From the sequence record OR805294.1: a stretch of DNA of 64,000 nucleotides. One strand, written 5' to 3'. Every line of letters starts with the position of its first letter. Within the stretch, counting starts at the first letter, position 1. The notes beneath the pieces were generated by a model. The model did not search any database and had not been told where the DNA came from. It was given only the letters and a program-made list of their open reading frames with translations. Both the position numbers and the translations under genes were made by a program. Positions 25,501-37,000 of this stretch are shown piece after piece.

Positions 25501-28500
25501 AACGAATTTATATCAAATAATCTGGGTACTTCTATCGGACGGAATGGTGCTTGTTCTCCCTCGTGATCGTCTGGCCAATCATATAATGAATCATAGTCAT
25601 ACGCTGTTCCGTTAGCGATATCCATAGGAACATTATATTTTACCCCTAAGTCTCTTATTTTTGTAGTATACGGTTTAATTTCTTTTATATAAGAAATAAA
25701 ACTCTGTATAGGATCGGTTGTAACCGATTCTTGCTGAGTTAAACTTTCTCCTTCTTGATTAACTTTTATATAAGTAGTCTTGAATACCCAATCTAAGTTT
25801 TGTTGCTCAGATAAAATATAATTTATTAACGCAAAGAACACTAAGTTCCTCATTACTAAGTTTGCGTCTTTAAATACATTGTTATAAAGAGCAAATATTA
25901 GTTCTCGCAGTGCATTATCATTTGTATATGATCTAGATACTGTATAGATTGCAGGCAACAACTGAATAGCACTGTTCTGACGTCCAATTAGCGTAAAATT
26001 TTGATTACTGTATTGATAAAGTGTAAATTCTTCAGGTCTTACTAATTTAACTATATCGCCGTCTTTTAGTTTTCCTACAAGTCCCGTTAATTCACCTACA
26101 GTAGACACCTGTTTTACAGGTGTTGTATTAAATTGATTAAATCCGTCAGCATACCAGTTTACATATCTCCAAAGAACAGAAGACGCTAATCCGTCAGCCC
26201 ATGCAGGATTAAAATCTTTTATAGATATAGTAGACAGAAGACTGTTTGCATTTTGAACAAATACTTTTCTTGCTGCCATTCTATTATCTATCATAGATTG
26301 TCTAGGTCTTACTTTTATACCCAATTTACTAAATTCAGACAACGTAGGGTCAGGAACTATATCTCCGTTTATGTTATATCCAACTAAACTATCTACTAAT
26401 CTATTCCATAGATATGTAGGGATAACCGAAACTTCGTCGCCTTCCCTTAGTAGTTTCCATTCTGTATGTTTCTCGTTTATATTTTTAGTGTATCTATAAT
26501 TAACCTGGAATACTGGTGTTTTTCCATTAATAGTTTTTGATACATTAGAAAATACAAACGAATTATTTCCTATAAACGAGAACCATTTATAACCCTGTGA
26601 TTTAGGATTAGTTATAAGATTCTCTACACTAGTAGAAGTCATATTTCTACTTTTTATATTATTAGGTATTTCTTGTTTACCTTTTACCCAATAATAATAT
26701 ATAGGTGTTGCTTGACCAGCAGAATTAGTGTCATACCTGACAACATAATCTGTTAACGATTTCGGCGCGCCGGTGCCGTTGTATAAATCAGGTGTAAACG
26801 GACTTGAAACCCATTCGTAAACATTTATTACCGAACCCGGGAATAGTTTACCCCAATTATCTCTTCTATATTCTAGAATTTGTTCTTTGGTTTCAGATCC
26901 ATCTAATTTTCCAGGTTGTTCATATTGTAAATACCTGCAAGTAGATGTATCCCACCATAATCTTCCCACTTCAGAGTCTGTAAATGCTAGCTCATCATCT
27001 ATATTTGCAGAATTAGCAGAAACAGAATATGTAGTAGGATCTATTTCTGATTTATAGTGAATGTTTCTATCAGCAGTTCCCGGTATTAATCCTTTAACTG
27101 GATCGTAAACTGGTAGAAAATCTATAGTTTGTTTAGTGTCTTTATCATAGAAGTATGCATTTTCAAATAATTTACTATCTACTAAATTTTGTCTAGAACG
27201 AATATTTGTTATAGTAGATCCGGAAACAACAGCAACGGCCCAGTCATTATCTGAATTTATACTATCAATCCATACTTTACCTGATGTTACGTTAACAGTT
27301 GCATTATTTTTAAATCTCACATTTTTAAAGAATAAAGGATTCTGTATAGGTACATTAGTTACTTGTTTACCTTCTTTATCAAATATTGCATCTATAACAC
27401 CGTCCGAATCTACAGTATACGAATATACCATGTTGTTTATAACACAATACGGATATAGCGCATTAGTAGCAGGTGTTAGTCCAGAGTATATAACAAATAC
27501 ACCCCAGTCGATACCTACTGACGAGGCATTACCTACCCAAATGTAACTAGTTAGACTCGGTTTAGAAACATCTTTTCTTTCCCACAATGTAAATATGTTT
27601 TTAGGATATAGTATTTGATGAGTAACATCTTTGGTGTTTACATACCCAGCTGTAGGTATATTTCCGTCTAGCTGTTTTGTAGTAGGAACTAATCTATCAT
27701 TATACTTAATCTCATTACCTACAATTACTGGCATTCTGCCATTAGGTTTAGATAGCCAACGCTCGTTGTCATCGCTATCTATAGTAATAATCATATCATA
27801 TGGACTATCTTCGTCTATTTTATTTTTTATAATAGAAATTAACTTATCGATAGTTATGACAGTCTGGTTATAAATTATTGCTATTTTGGGAGGTTTTATA
27901 TAACCGTATCCCGGTTCAGTTATAGTAACAGAATCAATTCTTCCATTTTTTAATACAACCTGTCCTGTTGCTCTAATTTCCTCTACAATACTATTATTGG
28001 GGCTATTTAATTGATTGCCTTGCAAATATGCATCTACATTAGGATCTAAGCCAGCATTAGCTTCTTCGGGTGTAGCAAATACTATTATAGGTGTAGTAGT
28101 ATAAATCATTTCTGAACTTAATACTCTAACTTCAGAAACTTTACCTGTACCATATGATACAGGATATGATAACTCTACTATTTGCGGATCACTTTTTACT
28201 AAATCGCCGTCAATTAATACTTCTAATTGTGCATTACTATTAGTAGCACCAAAATCTGCTAACTTAAATGCAAATTCCTCGTAAATCTGAATATTTTCAT
28301 TACTTTTAATAAATTCAGATCGTAAGAGTTTATCTACAGACTGCTTTGTACCTTTCTGAGAAATCATGCCTTTATAGAATAGATATTGCTGATCGCCTGT
28401 AATACGTAGATTGTTTAAATACTCTCTATCTTGGAATCCTATTAGATGTCTAGCAGTTTGTTCTATTATGGGATTATCTAATGTATTTTCGGTATCGTAA

Positions 28501-31500
28501 TAATGCCATATTGAATCAGTTAAATTCTCAAAGTTTTGTAATAGATTATCATCTTGTATTAAATAACCATCCGCCTCAAATTTACCGTACCAATCGTTTG
28601 TGCGAATGCCGCGCAACTGAAGTCTTTTTTGTCTAGAGTATAGTAACGGATCGTATATAGTATCATTAAATATAGTTTTGTTATCAAATAGTATAGCGTG
28701 TTCTGTATCGCTTGTAGAAACACGGAATAAATATATTCCAATTTGATCGCTTTCGTGAGATACAGAGATAGTTCTTCTGTCCCTATCTATGATAGTATCA
28801 TTAGGCGATATAGCATATCCATTTTGATCTAATATACTATAAACACCATTTGATATTCTTTCTACCTTCTCAGGATAACCTTCGTTTACTTCTAATGTAA
28901 TTTTAGAAGCGCCAGGGGCGACGAATAAAGTGTTATTTGGTGCCCATTGAGTGGTTGCCCAGAATAGGAATCCCTTAGCAGAAGTAACCCAATTTAATAC
29001 TTCTCCTGTAGTTTGGTCTATTTCATTAAATTTCCATCCGTTTAATTCTAAATACTGACCATATCCTATTAGGAAATCAAATACATCCTGAGGAGTATCT
29101 AATTCACTTCCGTATTCTATTTCGTAGAATTCGCTATAATCACCTTCATTAATATAGTTTACTGTTATACCGCCAGTTGCAGGAAGCGATTTTAGACGCA
29201 TCCAGTTATCTTGATTAAATTTTCCTTGTGCTGCAATGACAACGCATTGATAGTAGACTCCATTGTATCGAACTACATCTCCGTAATTGTACTGAACATT
29301 AGTGTCATAAATTGTGAAATTAGAAGTTGTTCCACCTACATTTATTGTAGTTCCGGATACTAACGTACTTCTAGGAACAACTTTAAATACAGGATTTAAT
29401 ACATCGTATCCTCTTACTTCAAATTTTCCATATTCGTTCACACGTATTGCAACACCGCTGAATACGTATTCAGTTATAGGTTTGCCAGTGTATACTCTTA
29501 CATGTATATTTTCGTTAGGTAACAACATGCTAGAATTAGTAGAGCCGCCAGATATACTATCAGCATATACGTTCAATGTATCTACATTGGTATATCCTGC
29601 AAGTCTATGTGCTAAACAAACATCTAACGAACGTATCTTACTACCGAAATTGTATGTAATATCTTGTTTACCCATGAAGGACAATCTATCAAATACGTAT
29701 TGTTGATATCCAGAGTTTAACACTATATTTCCATTTACTACTTCGCCGTGGGCATATGTGTTACTATTAGCAATTCTAGTATATGTAGAACTTGATATAT
29801 ACTGCTTCGCGTTTATGGGTGCTCTTGTATCGTCAAGTGGATTCCAATATCTTTCACCGAAATCTGCAGGTTTCATTAAATATAACAATTCTAACTGAAC
29901 AAATGGCCATTCCGAATTGGTATACCATGCTTCTTCTACAGGACTATTGTCCCCGAATATCCATTCGTCTTGAAGTGTTTCTATTTCTTGATTAGAAAGC
30001 TGCGGAACTATACCTAACTCCTCTGGTGTTTTTAAATCACCAGATGCATCCGACGGTATTAGATTTGGAACTAATCCAGTCCTTTTATACTTTTCATGGG
30101 TGCCTGCTCTATTGCCACGGCGAATTATACCGTTTTCAATATCAGTCCACATATCAGTGTTTTGTGAAGTATAATCTCCATTATATTCTTCATCCCACCA
30201 TGTCGGCTTTTCTACAAACCCTAACATTTCCCACGGTGTTTTATTAGGTGTTAGTGTGTTATAGTAGTATTTGTATAATCCACGCCAGGATCCGATAGAA
30301 TCGTTACTAACTGGACGATAATTCCAAGTTTTCCAGTTTAACGAATTAAATCCAGAATATAATTTATAATTAAGACTATTCTTTAAACACCATTTTAAGA
30401 AATAAGGTTTTACTATTTCATTATATTGTTGCAGAGTATACCCGTTTTCATAAAATTTTGTCGGTTTTACATCGTCTAATTTAAGTAATAAATTGTAATC
30501 TAGTCTAAATTTGTCGGCAATATTGTTATATATTCTTGTTTCAAATTCTAATAATAGATCATCCCTAATATCACCGTAGGTGGGTATTTTAGAACCATCA
30601 TGACCTAAAATTACTTCTGTAGGAGTAACATAACTAGTATCTACAATTATTTTAGGTTGATATACAGGATAACATCCTATTTTAGAAGGTGTTGCAGGTA
30701 TTTTTGCAGAAAGTATGTTATTGTATATACGAACAATATACGACGTATTCGAAGGTGTACTAGACAGTTTAACAACTAAATTATTATTAGAATACGATAG
30801 TGTATAGTCTTTATCTATTGTTAATGTATTGTAATCAACAGAAGTGCCAGATCTTCTAAATACAAGAACAGAAGAATCCATTTTACCTAATATGTTATTA
30901 GTCGGTACTAATAATGTATTTCCTACTGATGCGCTAGAGAAATTGTATTCATCGTATACATCACCCCATGCAGCCATATATGACTGTGTGAAGGCACCAT
31001 TGTATTCGAACGTGCTAGTAACGCGATTTATCACATACGTAAACAATGCATCTATGTTTACTGGGTTTGTATTTTGATTTAAAGGCGCTGCTATTAATTC
31101 TTTTGCATATTTTATGAACTTATCTTTATATCTAGTATATTCGTCGCGTGCAAATCTTATAGCAGAATTTATATTTAATTCTTCGCTAGAAGATACAAGC
31201 ATTGTTTTTAACAATGGACTTCTATTTTGTAGAATAAATGTACCTAAAGATTTGTCTTCAGCAGTATCTCTGTAATTATTATTAGAACTATAAGGATCTC
31301 CTTTAAATCCTATTTGATTAGTCATTATACTAACAAAATGGTTTGTTAGCTCATTTGACGAGTATTCATTTACTTCTAAGTTATTAGGGTTATTCTCTAA
31401 TTGTTGTGGAATTTGATAATACCCTAGTGCGTTATCTGGCAAAGCTTCTTTAGAATAGGTGTATGTTTGAATAACATCAGTTGCAGAGAGTGATCTCAAT

Positions 31501-34091
31501 ATTTTTATAGTTTTAGTAGGTTTCCCGTCGTTATCTAGGACTATAGTAAATTCCACATTCTGTGCAAGGGTAGATTTATTGTATTCTACTCTTATGTCAA
31601 ATATACCCGGTTCCAATTCTTCGGGTGTTACGCTTAGTTCGTATTCTTTTTGCGAAGAATCCGATACTACAAATCTATCTATTACTCTTTGTTTAGAATT
31701 TCCGTCAAATGGCACCCAGGTATGCTCATATGTGGGATTAGAGCCAGATATTGTATAATTCCATTGTTTAAAATAATAATAACCTTTTATTGGTTCGAAT
31801 TCATTTCCGTTAAAGTATTGGAATACATCCATGTGAAGATCGTGTCTAAACACAATATCGGATATTTGACCTAAGTTTTTTACTTCAATAGGAAATCCTA
31901 GTATTTCATCGTCGTATGCACTTTCTTCATTTATTTTATACGAAAAAATCTTAGATCCAGCAAATGTAGATTGCGGGAAACTATCTAACGAAATTGCATT
32001 GTTATTAGAGTCTAAATCAGTATAATATAAATTAAACAAGGGAGCTTGGTTAGCATTTGTTTTTCTATTATAAGTCCTTTCCCATTGTACTCCAGTATAA
32101 TAGAACATGTCTCCTGCAAATGTATCTCCTTCAGTTACTAATACTACATCTCCTTTAGCAACTTTTGTGTATTTGTTAGGAACAGGGATTATACTGTTTA
32201 CTACAGTATTGTCTGGCTGTTCTACTTTAACTATTTTCCATATATAGTCTGTTGCATTTAGTGTAAGAGTTTCGTTATCTCTTACTATTAATTTAACAAT
32301 ACTATCGTCGGGCACTATATTTTTAAATTCTACTAATAGTGCATTATCTTGTTCTATTGTAAAACTAACAAAATCATCTGCAGGATTATATAAGTAGTCA
32401 TACGATACTGGATCATTGTTTGCATCTCTTGTATATGCATCTATTTGAATACCTATTATATGATTACCTATATTTTGTTGAGTAAAATTAAAAGTAAAAT
32501 CATTATTAAATAAAAATGTTCTTCTAGCGCCCGGTCCTTCTATTGCTTCAGCAGCAGGCTTCTTATACATGTTTACTTTATTGTTTACATTTATTTCTAC
32601 TTGGTCGCCAGGCAATAACCCATCTATGTTATCATTTATGATAACATCAAATGCTAAATTAGTAGGTAAGGTAGTTCCTGTAATGGTTACAATGCTATTA
32701 TTCTTGCCAACAGGTGTATTTAATGTTTCTACATTAAATGTAAACGAAGTTCTCGGCTGTCTTATAGATGTTCCTCTGTTAACTACATCTATAGTCTTAA
32801 TAGTTCCTACGCTAGATGGTGTATAAAATTTATATTCAACGCCATTTGTTATGTTTTCAAAACTAACATTGTTTATATCATACGAAATGGGATTCCATTG
32901 CAATCCTTTTGTGTCTGCAATGAAATTCATTTGGTTTAATTCATCTTCGTACGAATACCATTCGGGATTGTAAAACATTTTGTTACCACGTTTTACAATT
33001 ACAAATATATCATCTGTATCAGTAAATGGTTTTCGTAATATTATATTGTATGGCGCTGCATCTGCAATAAATGTATCTACAATTGGATAAGTTATTGTGC
33101 TATTAGATAAGAAAATTAACTTATCTTGATCTTCTAATAGTTTTCCATCAATAGTGTATGATGCAGAATTTGATATACTAGAAATATTATCAGACTCGGC
33201 TACTAGATTAACTTCACCTAAGTAATTATTTCCAGATTTAAATAACTCTATATCTCTATCAAACTCTATAATAGGTCTTCTTGCCTTAACTGCGTTGTTA
33301 TACGTAGATGTATTGGTTGCAGAGGCAGAAGTTGCCATTACAGATTTATGATACCATTTGTTAGTGCGGGACCATGCGTTGCCATCTCTGCAGCCGCGTT
33401 CTATAGTGATATAATCTACAGAGCCAACAGTATCTACTAAGTGAGATTCATCTTTTACTAAAATAATACCTTTTCCGACACCTTCTACAGTTAATGGTCT
33501 ATTAAATGAAGACGAGTTAGTATATTGTATTCTGAGTCCGTTAGAAAGCTGAATAGTATTACCGTTTTCTAATGTTATACTGGCGTTCTTTTTTCCTATT
33601 ATATTGTTTATTATCCATTCGTCTGCGTTTATACCACTTTCGTTTTCTACTGTTAACATAATAACAGGCAGCCGATCTTCTATCCAATAATAATTTTGGA
33701 AATTTATAAATTTATCTAAATCTATCGGCGGACCGAAAGAATAATATCCGCCAGAAAATAAAGTGTCATTATTCTTTGTATTGGCACCATAATAATTTAA
33801 CCTGTTTAACAAGTCTTGGTAAAACATTATATTTGTTTGATCTAACGTAGTAGAATCAATACTATACGAGGTTGCTTCTAACTGATACCAAGTCCGTTCT
33901 TTAGTAGGTTCTGCTAAGTAATAATCGTTTATAGGATCATGTCTACCAGGAACTCTTCTACCTATGTAAGCAGTTATATCCTCTACATTCTTTTTAGAAA
34001 ATAGTTGCTCAAATGTAGCTAAAAAGAATCTTTTTTGGGTATCTGTTCTAAATATACCAGGTAACTTGTTAAACGTTTTTAATGTTGCCAT
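22518..34091 (-). CDS. Giant virion/baseplate wedge-associated protein (3857 aa)
   Basis: Uninterrupted 11.5-kb ORF right after the gp6-like gene; WDxxxWD repeats. Confidence 0.85.
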   Translation of the reverse strand: MATLKTFNKLPGIFRTDTQKRFFLATFEQLFSKKNVEDITAYIGRRVPGRHDPINDYYLAEPTKERTWYQLEATSYSIDSTTLDQTNIMFYQDLLNRLNYYGANTKNNDTLFSGGYYSFGPPIDLDKFINFQNYYWIEDRLPVIMLTVENESGINADEWIINNIIGKKNASITLENGNTIQLSNGLRIQYTNSSSFNRPLTVEGVGKGIILVKDESHLVDTVGSVDYITIERGCRDGNAWSRTNKWYHKSVMATSASATNTSTYNNAVKARRPIIEFDRDIELFKSGNNYLGEVNLVAESDNISSISNSASYTIDGKLLEDQDKLIFLSNSTITYPIVDTFIADAAPYNIILRKPFTDTDDIFVIVKRGNKMFYNPEWYSYEDELNQMNFIADTKGLQWNPISYDINNVSFENITNGVEYKFYTPSSVGTIKTIDVVNRGTSIRQPRTSFTFNVETLNTPVGKNNSIVTITGTTLPTNLAFDVIINDNIDGLLPGDQVEINVNNKVNMYKKPAAEAIEGPGARRTFLFNNDFTFNFTQQNIGNHIIGIQIDAYTRDANNDPVSYDYLYNPADDFVSFTIEQDNALLVEFKNIVPDDSIVKLIVRDNETLTLNATDYIWKIVKVEQPDNTVVNSIIPVPNKYTKVAKGDVVLVTEGDTFAGDMFYYTGVQWERTYNRKTNANQAPLFNLYYTDLDSNNNAISLDSFPQSTFAGSKIFSYKINEESAYDDEILGFPIEVKNLGQISDIVFRHDLHMDVFQYFNGNEFEPIKGYYYFKQWNYTISGSNPTYEHTWVPFDGNSKQRVIDRFVVSDSSQKEYELSVTPEELEPGIFDIRVEYNKSTLAQNVEFTIVLDNDGKPTKTIKILRSLSATDVIQTYTYSKEALPDNALGYYQIPQQLENNPNNLEVNEYSSNELTNHFVSIMTNQIGFKGDPYSSNNNYRDTAEDKSLGTFILQNRSPLLKTMLVSSSEELNINSAIRFARDEYTRYKDKFIKYAKELIAAPLNQNTNPVNIDALFTYVINRVTSTFEYNGAFTQSYMAAWGDVYDEYNFSSASVGNTLLVPTNNILGKMDSSVLVFRRSGTSVDYNTLTIDKDYTLSYSNNNLVVKLSSTPSNTSYIVRIYNNILSAKIPATPSKIGCYPVYQPKIIVDTSYVTPTEVILGHDGSKIPTYGDIRDDLLLEFETRIYNNIADKFRLDYNLLLKLDDVKPTKFYENGYTLQQYNEIVKPYFLKWCLKNSLNYKLYSGFNSLNWKTWNYRPVSNDSIGSWRGLYKYYYNTLTPNKTPWEMLGFVEKPTWWDEEYNGDYTSQNTDMWTDIENGIIRRGNRAGTHEKYKRTGLVPNLIPSDASGDLKTPEELGIVPQLSNQEIETLQDEWIFGDNSPVEEAWYTNSEWPFVQLELLYLMKPADFGERYWNPLDDTRAPINAKQYISSSTYTRIANSNTYAHGEVVNGNIVLNSGYQQYVFDRLSFMGKQDITYNFGSKIRSLDVCLAHRLAGYTNVDTLNVYADSISGGSTNSSMLLPNENIHVRVYTGKPITEYVFSGVAIRVNEYGKFEVRGYDVLNPVFKVVPRSTLVSGTTINVGGTTSNFTIYDTNVQYNYGDVVRYNGVYYQCVVIAAQGKFNQDNWMRLKSLPATGGITVNYINEGDYSEFYEIEYGSELDTPQDVFDFLIGYGQYLELNGWKFNEIDQTTGEVLNWVTSAKGFLFWATTQWAPNNTLFVAPGASKITLEVNEGYPEKVERISNGVYSILDQNGYAISPNDTIIDRDRRTISVSHESDQIGIYLFRVSTSDTEHAILFDNKTIFNDTIYDPLLYSRQKRLQLRGIRTNDWYGKFEADGYLIQDDNLLQNFENLTDSIWHYYDTENTLDNPIIEQTARHLIGFQDREYLNNLRITGDQQYLFYKGMISQKGTKQSVDKLLRSEFIKSNENIQIYEEFAFKLADFGATNSNAQLEVLIDGDLVKSDPQIVELSYPVSYGTGKVSEVRVLSSEMIYTTTPIIVFATPEEANAGLDPNVDAYLQGNQLNSPNNSIVEEIRATGQVVLKNGRIDSVTITEPGYGYIKPPKIAIIYNQTVITIDKLISIIKNKIDEDSPYDMIITIDSDDNERWLSKPNGRMPVIVGNEIKYNDRLVPTTKQLDGNIPTAGYVNTKDVTHQILYPKNIFTLWERKDVSKPSLTSYIWVGNASSVGIDWGVFVIYSGLTPATNALYPYCVINNMVYSYTVDSDGVIDAIFDKEGKQVTNVPIQNPLFFKNVRFKNNATVNVTSGKVWIDSINSDNDWAVAVVSGSTITNIRSRQNLVDSKLFENAYFYDKDTKQTIDFLPVYDPVKGLIPGTADRNIHYKSEIDPTTYSVSANSANIDDELAFTDSEVGRLWWDTSTCRYLQYEQPGKLDGSETKEQILEYRRDNWGKLFPGSVINVYEWVSSPFTPDLYNGTGAPKSLTDYVVRYDTNSAGQATPIYYYWVKGKQEIPNNIKSRNMTSTSVENLITNPKSQGYKWFSFIGNNSFVFSNVSKTINGKTPVFQVNYRYTKNINEKHTEWKLLREGDEVSVIPTYLWNRLVDSLVGYNINGDIVPDPTLSEFSKLGIKVRPRQSMIDNRMAARKVFVQNANSLLSTISIKDFNPAWADGLASSVLWRYVNWYADGFNQFNTTPVKQVSTVGELTGLVGKLKDGDIVKLVRPEEFTLYQYSNQNFTLIGRQNSAIQLLPAIYTVSRSYTNDNALRELIFALYNNVFKDANLVMRNLVFFALINYILSEQQNLDWVFKTTYIKVNQEGESLTQQESVTTDPIQSFISYIKEIKPYTTKIRDLGVKYNVPMDIANGTAYDYDSLYDWPDDHEGEQAPFRPIEVPRLFDINSLYDRVQCGYITKPNYIDLGDQTFIGTGGQVVLIANTPNDEFIALDGISQYQLGANKDISRITSVTINGQEIEGYTFTTILNATFIILPSTPDAGDVIIVNYTDIKSVWKIKVDGKTITKEQYDVEINENGYLQVTFKSNTLIKIGSKIKLYSGTEFTQTPLEEMRLEYNARQPGKVLKPIFDLAIDPAGKIAGGWGIPKWGQLRWGIPGTIQEGNRQLWTEYLQYSGAAGRYILYQTDLQRDILSAAPINGSYPYSSFTERLYESSAGERDVLFQFNERFGDEYGCDYEGKVIDAKDFEYIFSRPWDSTKWDEYAWDASTATYVITPNYTETSATVISEGKTTFVIRYVVDITSVTLNGSSTQYTATKGSNFTSIEVPGAVEGDEIVFTFNPVTNTFNSDTSKPIIDGAYFEDTNVREGIPEEQALVSPTENMVIIVDSNAKTTEVQYVVTNTDTSNPFVKIVLTEKIVLQDIIGLVINGDPNTEDKLKFNIDNNGINTVVIAYPTSFSTGDIISVVYKDNYTSQTTVANDYRFDTNSVVRDNTQGYITVDLRNTKQNKDINTWDTFAWDPSIDSPENADSVYLLPIDMPTIANPDEVVAQASGQLTYKFVDITANGVDTMIHTGMNILPNRVQGVYSSGVAMYGYTVVVDNSGITPELVINFEIAPSAGTVITVKYQSYSIMKLDDYVSYVMNKYNITSVTASEYKLQTLDMFVAANKRMISVSNNLYTRKSKEILYTNTKLFTVDTSIRNFVGETVYINGISKTKDKDYTIEFTNITGDNAKLLVVYKGTLNAGDIIRIDWTETNIQKVTDIVNNSWVAVFNEQHNFINPVTMQGDNVVIKYPAKPLSFRVHLDEMGETHYVRISDYYSTRLAKPLKLTDKSIELVDASAIVDPSSSKPGVVWIGTERIEFLYKRGNKLHGLTRGSLGTSVYTGTNGDTTVPLYTRVFDGSYKQEQEDTGKYIWENNNGGLALSTTPWAIFLQNRPSSGLTP

Positions 34092-34097
34092 TTTTGG

Positions 34098-37000
34098 TTA
34101 AATTCTCATATTCATTTCTGTTAAGTTATTTACTATCTCTACATTAGCTACAGTTGCAGTAGATATAAACAATTCATCCGATTCTGCTCTAATTTGGAAT
34201 AAATTACCAAATTTAGAAGTTTGTTCTATAGGTACTATAACAACCGAACCTATAACTCCCGCTAGGGTTTGGTGAATGTATGCTGCTAATTCTGTATAAT
34301 AGAATGATTCACCGAAATCCCAGTTGTTTATGTTAAAATATTCGTCTATTGCAGAAACAACTTTAGATTTTATTTCGTTATCAGTTAAAGTAGTGGAACC
34401 TACTTTAACTACTTTGAATGTACATTTGTATTCTTCTCTTGCTTGCTGACCAAATAATACTTTAAATCTAGCAGGCTGGAATACAATTTGGTCTGACAGC
34501 ATTTTGTATGTACTAAGATCACCAAATTGTATTCTTAGTTCTTCAGTAGTAGGCGATTCAGGGAAACGTTCGATAGGTAAATTTTGATTTTTCCATTTAA
34601 GGATATCGTCATAATACGATTGTGTTAAAGTTACCATATCTACAATATTACTTATACTAGGATCTATTCTGTTATCTGAAGGAGCATAATGTTTCCATTT
34701 ATAATGCAACGGATAAAACTGAGAATCCTCATTCTGTGTATAACCCCTTCCGTTACTAACACTATGGTCATCATCAAACACATATGATAATACAGCATAA
34801 CTTGCAGTTAATGTCATAAACTGTGCTAATGAAGACGAATTAGCCTTTGCTGCGGTTATACCTGTTATTTCGTTAATAGTTTGATTATTTCCATTGTTAA
34901 TGCGTATTGTTTCAAAAATACGACTACCAGGAGAATCTAAATTCTGTGTTACAATATTTATTCCGTCATTTTCTATGCGTTCTATAAAAATAGTTGTCCC
35001 ATCAACACTATTATTACTATTATAATTATCAGAATATATTGCTTCTAATACTTTAGTCCTTAGCAATGATTTAAAAGATGATTCTGCTGCACTTGCAATT
35101 AAAACTAAGTCCCTTGCAACAACATCATTATAATTAAAATCTAAACTATTAGGATTCTGTTGGCGAAGATCTAACCAAGATGCTTGCCATAATCTATTAT
35201 ATTCATACCCGTCGTAATCTGTGGTTTTTTCGTGAAAAACTAAATCCGTAGGTGAAACAAATTGTTCAAAAATAAAAGTATTATCTGGTATACCGTCTCT
35301 ATCTCTGTCTGCAGGAACTACTACTATTTTTCTGGGATCACTATAGCCGTCAGATTCTATAAATGTTTGGAAAGAATTCCAGACAATAGAATTACCCAAT
35401 TGGCCTTGATTAGAATAAAATATTCGTATAATATCGTTAACTTGTTGCCCTACGTATTCTGCATCTAAAACGCCAGCAGATGCAGCTCCGGTTGGCAATG
35501 CACCCGGTAATAATATGCCGTTTTGCCAATACTGAATTTCTTTAGGTAAAGTATCTCTGTATTTTAAAATTATTTTGTTGTCGGGATATGTTAAACTAAC
35601 TATACCGTTAACCAAACGCCATTGACCGTTTCCGATAAACTGCCAATTTTCTACTATAGTAGGACCTGTGTTAATTCCTAATATTTCTATTTCATCTCTT
35701 TGTGCAGAACCGGTGTTTATATCAAATTCGGTTTCGTCAGTATCGTAGTAAAATTCTACGGTACCATTTGTTTCAAATATAAACTTTGTTCCTCTTGATA
35801 AAAATGTGTAATTATCTGTTTCGGTAGAATACGTCAAAACAAGCATCCAGTCTTTTCTAACTGCAGGTTGAGATAAAGATAAATCGAATTCAAAATTATC
35901 TAAATTTGTAGTGGGTACGCCCAATACAATAAACCACGAACCTTCTGGATCTACATCTATATCGTACTTTAATCCAAATTCATTTCTTCTAAATAGTTGA
36001 TTTGCTATATCTGTAGTTTCTTCTGTATCAAACGTTGTTTTATATCTAGGATATACACTATCTACATACCAATTGGCTGGAATTTCTATATCAAATACAA
36101 ATAAACTTGCGTTTAATCTAGTTGCAATAAACTCATTATCTGTAGTTGCATCCCCTTGTGACACTGGGTTAGTAATACTTTTAACGGTTACTTCTTTATA
36201 TTCTGTACCGTTTGTAAATTTAATTTTAGATCCGACAGAAAGGAATCTAAATTCCCCTTCTGGTCTATTATTATAATTCGTAGGATATATATAGTTGGTA
36301 GATCCTTTAACTAAGTATCCTGTATTAGTTGCATCAGACGACGGATACGTTACCCACTTTGCTTGAGTAGAAGTGTATCTAAATATATTAGGAACTCCGG
36401 GGCGAACAATAGAGGTATTTATGGGGTTAGGAGTTGGGTTTTGTCTATATCTTATATACTCACTTAGGTAATTATTCCAATAAAAGTTGATTAAATCTTG
36501 ATTTCTGATAAATGTCTGTAAATTATTTCTAACTACTATATTTTCGCTAACTAATTTATCACCCATTGCTACTGTAGTAGAAGGCACAGTACTCTGATTG
36601 TATATAGAACCATCTTCGCCAAAAATATTTAAATTTTGATGAAATCCAGTAGGATCGTTAATATCTATATATCTAGAATGTCCAGAATGTGTTCTATTGA
36701 TAGCATGAACTTTTGCAATAGAACTACCCTGCGTTAACGGGAAAACATTATAGTCCTCATTGTTTACCATTCTGTCTTGGGTATAATATACTTGCGGTGC
36801 TCTGGTTTTTATCTCATCGTTTGTTTCTGTAGGCGAAGAATTAGATATAGTTTGTTCTAAACTAAAAATTAATCGAAGATCATATTGTTGAGAATCCGCA
36901 CCTATATACGGTATTACTAATTCCATCCCGGATGCTTCTTCCGGACGTAAAGTAAAAGTAGTGTTAGATGAAACTCTATACCATACTCTAAATGTACCTG

